From assembly GCA_002269645.1 (NCBI GenBank), contig NIVC01003296.1, positions 1-64,000 on the forward strand: 64,000 nucleotides of DNA. The letters are read 5' to 3'. A program made the translations under genes and the position numbers. The DNA is from Macrostomum lignano. Its lineage: Eukaryota. Shown here in pieces: positions 29,501 to 44,840 of the stretch (positions are counted from its first letter, which is position 1; every line of letters starts with the position of its first letter). The notes below the pieces were generated by a model, which saw nothing but the letters and a program-made list of their open reading frames with translations, was not told the DNA's origin and did no database searches.

Positions 29501-32500
29501 GCTAAAATGAGTGCCTGTAGCGCTAAAATGAGTGCCTGCGGCGCTAAAATGAGTGCCTGTGGCGCTAAAATGAGTGCCTGCGGCGCTAAAATGAGTGCCT
29601 GTGGCGCTAAAATGAGTGCCTGTGGCTCTAAAATGAGTGCCTGCGGCGCTAAAATGAGTGCCTGCAGCGCTAAAATGAGTGCCTGCGGCGCTAAAATGAG
29701 TGCCTGCGGCGCTAAAATGAGTGCCTGCGGCGCTAAAATGAGTGCCTGTGGCGCTAAAATGAGTGCCTGCGGCGCTAAAATGAGTGCCTGCGGCGCTAAA
29801 ATGAGTGCCTGTGGCGCTACAATGAGTGCCTGTGGCTCTAAAATGAGTGCCTGCGGCGCTAAAATGAGTGCCTGCAGCGCTAAAATGAGTGCCTGCGGCG
29901 CTAAAATGAGTGCCTGCGGCGCTAAAATGAGTGCCTGCAGCGCTAAAATGAGTGCCTGCGGCGCTAAAATGAGTGCCTGCAGCGCTAAAATGAGTGCCTG
30001 CGGCGCTAAAATGAGTGCCTGCGGCGCTAAAATGAGTGCCTGCAGCGCTAAAATGAGTGCCTGTAGCGCCAAAATGAGTGTCTACGGCGCAAAATAATCG
30101 AGTGCCAAAATTTAGTCATTTACATGTACATGTTGAACTCTTGGCTTTGTCCCCCCACCGTAAAATCCATGGCGACGCCCCTGCATGCGTCGAGATACAT
30201 ACAGTTCCTAAACTTCAGTCCGCCTTCAGTGACATCCGTCCCACAACCAGCTCTGAGGCAGTTCTGCCCATTGCGCTGACACCTGAGCACATGCAGGCGC
30301 GCCAATACTGTACGCAGGCACGCAACTCATACAGACGCTCACACAGGGTGTACAGCGGCCCTGACTGTCTAATCGTCAGACATGTACACTCTCTGTGCCT
30401 TGAGGTTGGCCCTCACGAGCGAGAATCGCACGACAACCCGCCGGCCAATTTTCGTGCTCAAGCACCAAACGAATGCGGGCCACGCACGGAATCGAACCAC
30501 GGGCCGTGGCGTGAGATTCAGACGCGTTTAACGCTGAGCTGGTCTGCCCCCCTGCCTGCATTCCTCCACACTCTCGACAAAGATCTCACCTCGTCCATTG
30601 TCTCCAACTCGCGTCGGCACTCGGTGACATTGTCCACCTTACAGTTGAGCTGCGCCTCTGTAATGTTGGTCCACCTGTTGGCGTGGATCTTTTTCAATGC
30701 TTTCAACATCTCGGGCGCCGAGTCCGGGATGCGGGACGGGCCGCTGGACAGCCAGGCCCCGTGGACGAGTCGCCTGCCTGTCCGCTGCTGCAGTTGCAGC
30801 AGCGCCATTACCATCGCCGCGCCGCTGCCGTGACCGAACACTGTGACTCTGGGGGGGGGGGGAATTGACGACTACCTTTTTTCTTTTTTGTCTTTAATGG
30901 GTTTCTTTTTACTATTGCCAGTTCGTATTCTACACTATCGCCAATCCGTTTCTGCACCCCATCACCAATCCGTTTCTGCACCCCATCACCAATCCGTTTC
31001 TACACCCCATCGCCAATCCGTTTCTGCACCCCATCACCAATCCGTTTCTGCACCCCATCGCCAATCCGTTTCTGCACCCCATCACCAATCCGTTTCTGCA
31101 CCCCATCACTAATCCGTTTCTGCACCCCTTCACCAATCCGTTTCTGCACCCCTTCACCAATCCGTTTCTACACCCCATCACCAATCCGTTTCTACACCCC
31201 ATCGCCAATCCGTTTCTACACCCCATCGCCAGTCCGTTTCTACACCCCATCGCCAATCCGTTTCTACACCCCATCGCCAGTCCGTTTCTACACCCCATCG
31301 CCAATCCGTTTCTACACCCCATCGCCAGTCCGTTTCTAAACACCATCGCCAATCCGTTCCTACACCCCATCGCCAATCTGTTTCTACACCCCAGCACCAA
31401 TCCGTTTCTACACCCCATCGCCAATCCGTTCCTACACCCCATCGCCAATCCGTTCCTACACCCCATCGCCATGTCTGGAAAGTCTTACAAGATCGACAAA
31501 GTCGATATCTCAGCAGCTCACTTGTTTTTATCCCCGCCGAAGTGCTCGACAGTCTTTCGCAGATGCTCGAGACCGCGAACCAGGTCCGACAGGCCGTAGT
31601 TGATCACCCTGAAGCCGGTGGCGTCGCCAGGTGGCCGGAAGGTGCCATGGAAGGCCAGCCGGTAGCCGATACGGACAACAACGGCCTGAAGCTGGTCTGG
31701 CAGGCCGTCGTCCGAGTGCAGCAGCGAGTCCTGGCCGAGGCTGCGCGTAGTCTCGGACACGAAACCGGAGCCGGTGACGAACACAATCACCGGGTAGCCG
31801 CTGTTGTAGTCGCGCGGCCGGCCAATACTCAGAAACAGGCAGTCCTCGGACATGGCCGGCTCGCCAGGGACGCCGACTAGCGGGTCCGCTTCGGGCAGGC
31901 GGATCATGGTGGTCATGTTCGGCTCTACGAGCGGCGGCTCCGGCGTGCGAACCTGGTGCAGCTGCCTGAGAGATGTTCCAAAAGCGATCGGTCAGTTTTC
32001 TAGATTGGTCAGTTTTCTAGATCGGTCAGTTTTCTAGATTGGTCAGTTTTCTAGATTGGTCAGTTTTCTAGATTGGTCAGTTTTCTAGATCGGTCAGTTT
32101 TCTAGATTGGTCAGTTTTCTAGATTGGTCAGTTTTCTAGATTGGTCAGTTTTCTAGATTGGTCAGTTTTCTAGATCGGTCAGTTTTCTAGATCGGTCAGT
32201 TTTCTAGATTGGTCAGTTTTCTAGATTGGTCAGTTTTTTAGATTGGTCAGTTTTCTAGATTGGTCAGTTTTTTAGATTGGTCAGTTTTCTAGATTGGTCA
32301 GTTTTCTAGATTGGTCAGTTTTCTAGATTGGTCAGTTTTCTAGATTGGTCAATTTATTAGATCGGTCAGTTTTCTAGATTGGTCAGTTTTCTAGATTGGT
32401 CAGTTTATTAGATCGGTCAGTTTTCTAGATTGGTCAATTTATTAGATCGGTCAGTTTTCTAGATTGGTCAGTTTTTTAGATTGGTCAGTTTTCTAGATTG

Positions 32501-35094
32501 GTCAGTTTTCTAGATTGGTCAGTTTTCTAGATCGGTCAGTTTTCTAGATTGGTCAGTTTATTAGATTGGTCAGTTTTCTAGATTGGTCAGTTTTCTAGAT
32601 TGGTCAGTTTTCTAGATTGGTCAGTTTTCTAGATCGGTCAGTTTTCTAGATTGGTCAGTTTATTAGATTGGTCAGTTTATTAGATTGTCAGTTTTCTAGA
32701 TTGGTCAGTTTTCTAGATTGGTCAGTTTTCTAGATTGGTCAGTTTTTTAGATTGGTCAGTTTTCTAGATTGGTCAGTTTTCTAGATTGGTCAGTTTTCTA
32801 GATTGGTCAGTTTTTTAGATTGGTCAGTTTTCTAGATTGGTCAGTTTTTTAGATTGGTCAGTTTTCTAGATTGGTCAGTTTTCTAGATTGGTCAGTTTAT
32901 TAGATTGGTCAGTTTTCTAGATCGGTCAGTTTTCTAGATTGGTCAGTTTTCTAGATTGGTCAGTTTTCTAGATTGGTCAGTTTTCTAGATTGGTCAATTT
33001 ATTAGATCGGTCAGTTTTCTAGATTGGTCAGTTTTCTAGATTGGTCAGTTTATTAGATCGGTCAGTTTTCTAGATTGGTCAGTTTTCTAGATCGGTCAGT
33101 TTTCTATATCGGTCAGTTTTCTAGATTGGTCAGTTTTCTAGATTGGTCAGTTTTCTATATCGGTCAGTTTTCTAGATTGGTCAGTTTTCTAGATTGGTCA
33201 GTTTTCTAGATTGGTCAGTTTTCTAGATTGGTCAGTTTTCTAGATTGGTCAGTTTTCTAGATCGGTCAGTTTTCTAGATCGGTCAGTTTTCTATATTGGT
33301 CAGTTTTCTATATCGGTCAGTTTTCTAGATTGGTCAGTTTTCTAGATTGGTCAGTTTTCTAGATTGGTCAGTTTTTTAGATTGGTCAGTTTTCTAGATTG
33401 GTCAGTTTTTTAGATTGGTCAGTTTTCTAGATTGGTCAGTTTTCTAGATTGGTCAGTTTTCTAGATTGGTCAGTTTTCTAGATTGGTCAGTTTTCTAAAT
33501 CAAGAGGCTAAAGTTACCTATGCCGGACCAGGTGATAATGAGAGCAGAACCGCGGACTGGAGTGCACATTGCACTTGTGCACGCCGCCTATGAATCGGCA
33601 GTCGCTGGTCCGGTGCCCCAGGATGCACAATTCCAGGCCGTGGATTTTCTCTGGCATGCGCCAACGGCCTGAAGAGATGTAAAACGGTAATTCAAATATT
33701 TAGGCTAGATTATCTGATCGGCCTTCCCGTTTTAATGAGGTTGCTCTACCAGCTCTGTTGAGATTGTCCTACCAGCTCTGTTGAGATTGTCCTACCAGCT
33801 CTGTTGAGATTGTCCTACCAAGTCTGTTGAGGTTGTCCTACCAGCTCTGTTGAGATTGTCCTACCAGCTCTGTTGAGATTGTCCTACCAAGTCTGTTGAG
33901 GTTGTCCTACCAGCTCTGTTGAGATTGTCCTACCAGCTCTGTTGAGATTGCCCTACCAGCTCTGTTGAGATTGTCCTACCAGCTCTGTTGAGATTGTCCT
34001 ACCAGCTCTGTTGAGATTGCCTAAGTTGAACTACCGTGATCAAATGGCATCCAAACGTGCATCCAAATAAAAACGATCCATCAGATGACAAGCGAGACTC
34101 TACCCAGCAGTTTGTCTGCGAGCTCCTTCAGCGGGCCGACCTCCTCTTGCGGCTTCAACGGGCACGGCTGCAGAGCGAATGGCACGGCTCGATAATTAGC
34201 TGAGCTGATGTTGCTGCCAAGGTACCAGGCGCATTCCAACTGGTTGACAACGGCCAGGTACTGCGGAGGCGGTCGAATCAGCACCAACACTAGGTGCACA
34301 GCCAGGGACAGCAGACAGACGACTAGCAAGGTGCAGAAGGCGCTGTTGGATATGAGGTAGCTGGCGGCGCCCGTAATCGAGTCGAGTTTACTGCCGGTGC
34401 CCAGGTAGATCAGAGCTGATTTCGTTATCAGGTCCGCGTTCGGCACCTGACTGTTGGGAAAGAAGTCGTGAACGTTGCGCTTGCGCCGCCATTGAAGAGT
34501 TGTGATTTTGATCTTCTGACTGCGCGTCAGCACCGACGGAGAAGGTGCCGGCGAGGACGGTTGATCCGCGGCTGATGATGGAGACGTGGGTGTCTCAGCC
34601 GGAGGCGGAGGCGGTGGTGTCGAAGATGTCGGAGGTGCCGTGGGAGGTGAAGGCGGTGGTGTCGAAGATGTCGGAGGTGCCGTGGGAGGTGAAGGCGGTG
34701 GTGTCGAAGATGCCGGAGGTGCCGTGGGAGGTGAAGGCGGTGGTGTCGAAGATGTCGGAGGTGCCGCGGGAGGCAGAGGCGGTGGTGTCGAAGATGTCGG
34801 AGGTGCCGCGGGAGGCAGAGGCGGTGGTGTCGAAGGCCTCGGTGGAGCTGGATTTAATGGAGGTGTCGAAGAAGGCCGAAGCGGAAGATCATTAGGAAGA
34901 GGAGTCGGGGCTGTCAAAGGCTCAGGTGGAGGTTTCGTAGGTGTCTTGGGAGGCGGAGGTTGGGGTGTCTTTTGGGGTGGAGACGGTGTCTTCGAGCGCG
35001 GAGCTGGCGGCGTCTTCGAGCCGGGAGGTGACTGTGTCTTAGCACGTCGAGGCTTTTTACGCGACTTGGACTTCTTTGCCGATGTATTCTCCAT
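26501..35094 (-). CDS. Neurotactin-like, catalytically inactive cholinesterase/carboxylesterase-family type II membrane protein; exons 35094-34104, 33668-33518, 31965-31522, 30848-30590, 29276-28812, 26965-26501 (924 aa)
   Basis: Six GT-AG phase-consistent exons (2775 nt). COesterase motifs RWRMP, SEDCLFLSI, YRLAFHGTF, NYGLSDL…FGGD and LRFICP are present. The GxSxG site reads GHGSG and the His site reads GAFYGLDL. A single TM (AFCTLLVVCLLSLAVHLVLVLI) lies N-terminal to the esterase domain. Confidence 0.8.
27670..28490. mobile_element. Putative non-autonomous DNA element with inverted ends, in the last intron of the neurotactin-like gene
   Basis: ATTGTCTATAAGACACAG at the left and its reverse complement at ~28470-28490. 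The subterminal motif GGCCATTATTTCAG is repeated and inverted. TSD not clear. Confidence 0.45.
29291..30183 (-). mobile_element. Second copy (inverted) of the hAT-like MITE, with an expanded 21-bp array (29400-30095)
   Basis: Ends in CCATGGCGACGCCCCTG, the reverse complement of the 63498 terminus, with the same CTTGGCTTTGTCCCCC…AAAATCCATGG flank. About 33 copies of the 21-mer. Confidence 0.7.
30265..30550 (-). mobile_element. tRNA-derived SINE copy
   Basis: The minus strand begins with a tRNA-like head with a box A-like AGCTCAGCG and box B GGTTCGATTCC. The body is shared with 17.4, 42.8, 45.8 and 62.6 kb. Confidence 0.7.
30940..31470. repeat. 24-bp minisatellite in neurotactin-like intron 3
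   Basis: About 22 copies of CCAATCCGTTTCT(A/G)CACCCCATC(A/G). Confidence 0.95.
31988..33497. repeat. 17-bp satellite (GATTGGTCAGTTTTCTA) filling neurotactin-like intron 2
   Basis: About 88 copies, occupying nearly all of intron 31966-33517. Confidence 0.98.
33745..34020. repeat. 23-bp minisatellite in neurotactin-like intron 1
   Basis: About 12 copies of CTACCAGCTCTGTTGAGATTGTC. Confidence 0.95.
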
Positions 35095-35499
35095 GGCCTC
35101 CTGAGCAGAAGCGGCACTAATAAACCACTGCTTGATGAATTCACGAATATTATTAATAATAAAGCTAAATTTCGATTCTATAATTGAAAACTAAGAATCA
35201 AGATTAGATCCATTAGAATTCGATGGCTTCTTAGCCTAAATGACATGCTGCACTCGCAACTCAAAGCCTTCTAGCGGGGCCATAGACTGTTAATTTTCTT
35301 TTTTTAAAAATCAAAGTCAGAGTCGCTCGCGCAGTAAAGCAATTTCGGTTCTGTAGTTCGGCCTTACTCTGTTCAAGCGACCTGTGACGCTGAGTGGGGT
35401 TTGGCCATAGACAAATCCGTCCAGACAAAACAATGCAGAGACAGGAGAAGCTGGAAACTCGCCGCAACTTTGCTTGCTTGCCGGTCTCCGGCAGCAGTT

Positions 35500-38400
35500 C
35501 CCGTCGAACTTTTCACCCGGAATTTCGCCCGGAATTTTTTGCGTTCACCCGGAATTTTTTCCTATTCCAGTAATGCAATCTGATCCGGGTGGAAATTCCG
35601 GATCTGTAACGAAAGTTTACAGAATCCGGGCGAAATTTCCGGATCAAAAAGAAAAATTCCGGAAAATAGACCCGGATCGCTAAAAAAAATCCGGTGACTG
35701 TTCCGGGTGCGATCCGGGCGAGTGGAACGGATCAGCACACAAATCCGGGCTAAATTCCGGGCGAGTGAACCGGATCAGCACACAAATCCGGGCTAAATTC
35801 CGGGCGAGTGAACCGGATCAGCACACAAATCCGGGCTAATTCCGGGCGAGTGAACCGGATCAGCACACAATTCCGGGCGAGTGAACCGGATCAGCACACA
35901 AATCCGGGCGAATTCCGGGAGAGTGAACCGGATCAGCACACAAATCCGGGCGAATTCCGGGAGAGTGAACCGGATCAGCACACAAATCCGGGCGAATTCC
36001 GGGAGAGTGAACCGGATCAGCACACGAATCCAGGTGAATTCTGGATGATTGAACCGGATTTGCAGCCAAATCTTGGGCTTATCACAGTAGCAGAAAATTA
36101 AATAAAGAACGGGTCATTGTTCCATACATTTTCCACGACTACGAATTGAATCGAATTCGATTTAGCCGTCCACGAACAGAAATACTGAATTCAGTTGTGC
36201 ACAACTGCAAATCGTATATTTCTATGCACTTCTACGTACTTTCAGAAACAAAAAATGCTGACCTTCTGAATGTCACTCGGATGGGCAGCTGGACTTCGAT
36301 GCTACCATCAACTTTTTTTGAAGCCGTATACGGTTTTATATACCTTATCGCGACATTGGCTACTCTTCAGGGATCCCCATCGCCTACCTCTGATTGCATC
36401 TGTCAGGTGGGTCACTCGCTATACAGCTAATTAGCTAGTTAACTCAAGTCAGCTGACTTATCTATTCACTTGCTTAAGAATTGTAAAGATCTCCGCAAAA
36501 ATTAAGGAACGACTTTTGTCTCATTTTCCAGGACCTATCAGGGCTCATAAATGTAGACAGCCAATGTCTCGAAGAGCGTTTCTAATGAAATCGAATCCAG
36601 CAAATTTGGCCTTAACAAAAAGCTAGAAATTAATTGCAAATAAATGCGGTGGTGGTGTTATGCACTCGATCTTGGACATCGCCCGCATTTCACTCCTCGA
36701 GTAGCTCGCCGTCTGGAAATATATGTTTCCAGAAGTCGGCCCCTCATTTTCGGCAGCACTGGCGATTCGTCGCGCCTTCACCTGGTCCGCCTTCTTTTGC
36801 CGCTCTGCGGCTGGCCGAGATTGAAAGAGCACTGCCTGGCTTCTCGCCACGGTCGTGTCGGATTCCGACGAGCTCGTAGCGGAGATAGCTTCCAATCGAA
36901 GAACTTCAGCTTTCATCTGACGATTTTCGGCTTGAGCCTCCGACAGCTTTTCACGAACTCCGCTCAATTGATGGCCTATTAAGTACATAAAAATGAGGAG
37001 AGTGGCGAAGCAGATTCAAACTTAAGAATCGACAACACTTATATATATACGAGGCTGCTAACGTCTTCTAGTATATGCATAAAAAACTTACACAGTTCGT
37101 CCTCGGCTTCGCCTTGGGCCCGAATCTGATCCATCATTGTGGTGCATGACGGGCATCGTGACGGCTGCGGTTGCTGCGATGGCACACGCGCCAAAGCAGT
37201 CGCTTCAATCGCTTGGGCCTTTCTATCCAAAGGCTCCTTCCAGAGAGTGGCGGAATACCGGGATCCGGTACTCTTGTTAGCAGCCGTGACAACGTGATCT
37301 GCTCACGGCTGGTGCAACTGCAAACGCCTTAGACAAACCAATGGAGCATGCACCGACAAAAATCGGATTAGCGTCTATCTTAATAGAAAAGCTGCTTTGC
37401 ATACTGGGCCAGTTAGAGCTATTTGGAACCATGCCACAGTCTCCGTCTAGACACCCAGCTGTGCCAAACAATATGGTTGGCTGATTTTATGCTTCTAAGC
37501 GTCAAATATGACGATAGAATCATTCAGCCCGTTGACACACTAAGCAGCTGTGATAGACTACATGCCAGTGGAAGTCAAACCTCTCGCACACAATCAGGGC
37601 GCAACAATTTTTCAATTGTCACCTGTACGGAGGATGGGCTCAGCCTCACATTACGGACGCTACAGAGCCGCCGAAAAGCAGATAAGTTGTCTCATCAAAG
37701 CGAGGCTTTATTACCCCTTGCTTTCCAAGAGGAATTAGCGCCGTTGACCAAATGGATGCCAGGGATTGCCTGATGGGATAGCCATTTGCTGGGGTCTGTA
37801 TTCAGCGGTTTTCCATCGGAGGCTTCCTCTCAAAATCCCCATGGAACTTATATAATGGATGCCGGATTGATTCCGACTCAAGTCCCGAAATTTTCCCGGA
37901 TCAGCTTCGCCCGGAATTTGGCTGAAATTCGGGTCAAGGGAGCTGCTGATCCGGGCGAATTTTCCGGATCATTTGGTCCGGATCACTGGGGAATTCCGAC
38001 TCAAGTCCCGAAATTTTCCCGGATCAGCTTCGCCCGGAATTTGGCTGAAATTTGGGTCAAGGGAGCTGATCCGGGTGAATTTTCCGGATCATTTGGTCCG
38101 GATCACTGGGGAATTCCGACTCAAGTCCCGAAATTTTCCCGGATCAGCTTCGCCCGGAATTTGGCTGAAATTCGGGTCAAGGGAGCTGATCCGGGCGAAT
38201 TTTCCGGATCATTTGGTCCAGATCACTGGGGAATTCCGACTCAAGTCCCGAAATTTTCCCGGATCAGCTTCGCCCGGAATTTGGCTGAAATTTGGGTCAA
38301 GGGAGCTGATCCGGGTGAATTTTCCGGATCATTTGGTCCGGATCACTGGGGAATTCCGACTCAAGTCCCAAAATTTTCCCGGATCAGCTTCGCCCGGAAC

Positions 38401-38766
38401 TTGGCTGAAATTCGGGTCAGGGGAGCTGATCCGGGTGAATTTTCCGGATCATTTGGTCCAGATCACTGGGGAATTCCGACTCAAGTCCCGAAATCTCACC
38501 CGGAACATTTTCACCCGGAACACTACTGAAATTTGGGTCTACACCCAGAATTCCATAGTGTTCCGGGTGAAAAATTCCGGAAAATCAGACCGGAACAGCT
38601 TTCCTTTTCCCGAAAATTTTCCGGATCATATTTCCGGATCTTTTTCCGGAACAGGGGGCTGTTCCGGGCCAAAAAAGCTGATCCGGGCTTTCACCCGGAA
38701 ATCAATTAAAAATCGGGCCCGGATCACAAAATTCCGGAAAAAATTCCGGGTGAAACGTTTGACGGG
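35500..38766. mobile_element. 3.27-kb EnSpm/CMC-like DNA transposon (probably non-autonomous) with subterminal tandem arrays
   Basis: TIRs CCCGTC(G/A)AAC(T/G)TTTCACCCGGAATTT at both ends, flanked by TT/TT (2-bp TSD). ~42-bp array at 35720-36050 and ~120-bp array at 37868-38490, both rich in TTCCGG. Only short internal ORF fragments; no transposase motif recognised. Confidence 0.7.
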
Positions 38767-39383
38767 TTCATGAAAAAGCAGCTTGATAAACTTGTGAGCG
38801 CAGCTCGGACAAAACACCTGCTGGCTGCATTTGCAATTCGGAAGTCCAGCAGGTGAGGCATTGGGGATTCAGTGCTGAAAAACTGAAAACTTCCCATCTC
38901 GCAGCGAAATTGAAGGAGTACAGCGTTCTGGGGCTTCAGCTGTCCATAAAAAAAGACTTCCTATTCAAACAGGGGAATAATATCTTGGGGGGAGAGGTGT
39001 CTTGGGGGGCGGAGGTGTCTTGGGGGGCGAAGTCCTTAAATGGCGGTGTCGCGGGGGTTGGAGGTGTCTTACTCGTAGGAGGCGGAGATGTCTTAGAGGG
39101 AGGAGATGTCTTCGGGGGGAGGGCGGTGTCTTGGGGGGCGGATGTGTCTTGGGGGGCGGAGGTGTCTTGGGGGGGCGGATGTGTCTTGGGGGGCGGTGTC
39201 TTGGAGGGTGGAGTCCTTAAAGGGCGGAGGTGTCTTACTCGTAGGAGGCGGTGTCTTGGGGGGGCGGATGTGTCTTGGGGGGGCGGAGGTGTCTTGGGGG
39301 GGGCGGATGTGTCTTTGGGGGAGGTGTCTTGGAGCGCGGATTGCGTGATGAACGCTTAGCCGGTTTCGCAGATTTATTTTCAT
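38767..39383 (-). pseudogene. Disrupted paralogous copy of the neurotactin-like first exon (Lys/Thr/Pro-rich)
   Basis: Adding one G after ATG at 39383 gives MENKSAKPAKRSSRNPRSKTPPPKTHPPPKTPPP…, versus MENTSAKKSKSRKKPRRAKTQSPPGSKTPP… at 35094. Further frameshifts in C-runs and a stop follow. Interrupted by the 35500-38766 element. Confidence 0.5.
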
Positions 39384-39868
39384 AGCTACTTTGTGCAGAG
39401 CAGGCGCTGGTTGAGCAGCTTAGCTAGTATAAATATTAGCAATGAAAACCGATTGCACTTTGAGAATTGACGCTTTCAAATGGCTAGCCGAGGTAGCAAA
39501 GTCAGTTTTTCGATTCTCAGAAGAATTGAACGGTTTTAACATTTGGAATTCTTTGAACTCATTGGCTGCTGCACCGATCCAGAGAACTTCGTCGTGATTT
39601 TTTGTAGAAAAACTGACGTCCTGTTTCTCACATTAAGGAATACATATCCCCAGCAACATTGAAAACCGACAGACCAGAACCCAGTGCGCACTGCATTTGC
39701 TTAAAAATAATGCCAGTCTGAGACAACTGAAACATCTCAGGCACAATTAGTGTAATCGCACATGCACCAACCAAAGTGAGTTTATTTAGCCAAAATAAAA
39801 TGCCAGTAGAATTTGCATCAAATACCAGAACCACAGTTTGATTAGTACGACAGATACGGTAAGAGTAA

Positions 39869-44115
<4,247 letters not shown>

Positions 44116-44184
44116 CTGAAGAAATGGCAAGAAACACAAGACTATAGCTAGGCAATTGGACTGTCTTAACTTATCTTCTTCATT

Positions 44185-44840
44185 TATCTTTCCCTCCGGT
44201 GAAATGTCTATGGCCTGACTGTCTCACCCCCTATCTCTCCTCATCTATCCTTCCCTCCGGTGAAATGTCTATGGCCTGACTGTCTCACCCTCTATCTCTC
44301 CTCATCTATCCTTCCCTCCGGTGAAATGTCTATGGCCTGTCTCACCCCCTATCTCTCCTCATCTATCCTTCCCTCCGGTGAAATGTCTATGGCCTGACTG
44401 TCTCACCCCCTATCTCTCCTCATCTATCCTTCCCTCCGGTGAAATGTCTATGGCCTGACTGTTTCACCCCGTATCCCTCCCCATCTATCCTTCCCTCCGG
44501 TGAAATGTCTATGGCCTGACTGTCTCACCCCTATCTCTTCTCATCTATCCTTCCCTCCAGTGAAATGTCTATGGCCTGACTGTCTCACCCCCTATCTCTC
44601 CTCATCTATCTTTCCCTCCGGTGAAATGTCTATGGCCGGACTGTCTCACCCTCTACCTCTCCTCATCTATCCTTCCCTCCGGTGAAATGTCTATGGCCTG
44701 ACTGTTTCACCCCCTATCTCTCCTCATCTATCCTTCCCTCCGGTGAAATGTCTATGGCCGGACTGTCTCACCCCTATCCCTCCCCATCTATCCTTCCCTC
44801 CGGTGAAATGTCTATGGCCTGACTTTCTCACCCCCTATCT
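44185..44840. repeat. ~60-bp minisatellite directly upstream of the ELP4 first acceptor
   Basis: About 11 copies. Shares TTCCCTCCG(A/G)TGAAATGTCTATGG with the PP2A intron-3 array. Confidence 0.95.

Noticed and set aside
29383-30097. APQALIL and MSACGAK repeat ORFs (also at 11.5 and 63.6 kb)
   Set aside because: Both strands are open only because the 21-bp unit lacks stops. The arrays sit within a dispersed MITE, mostly in introns.
30480-30550. tRNA-like sequence (also 45920-45994)
   Set aside because: Box A/B are present but the cloverleaf and anticodon arm are poor, and both are fused to a shared repeat body. Called SINE heads rather than tRNA genes.
34586-35104. Gly-rich plus-strand ORFs (172 and 116 aa); also the plus-strand 251-aa ORF at 30078-30833
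   Set aside because: Antisense shadows of the neurotactin-like exons plus repeat or SINE sequence.
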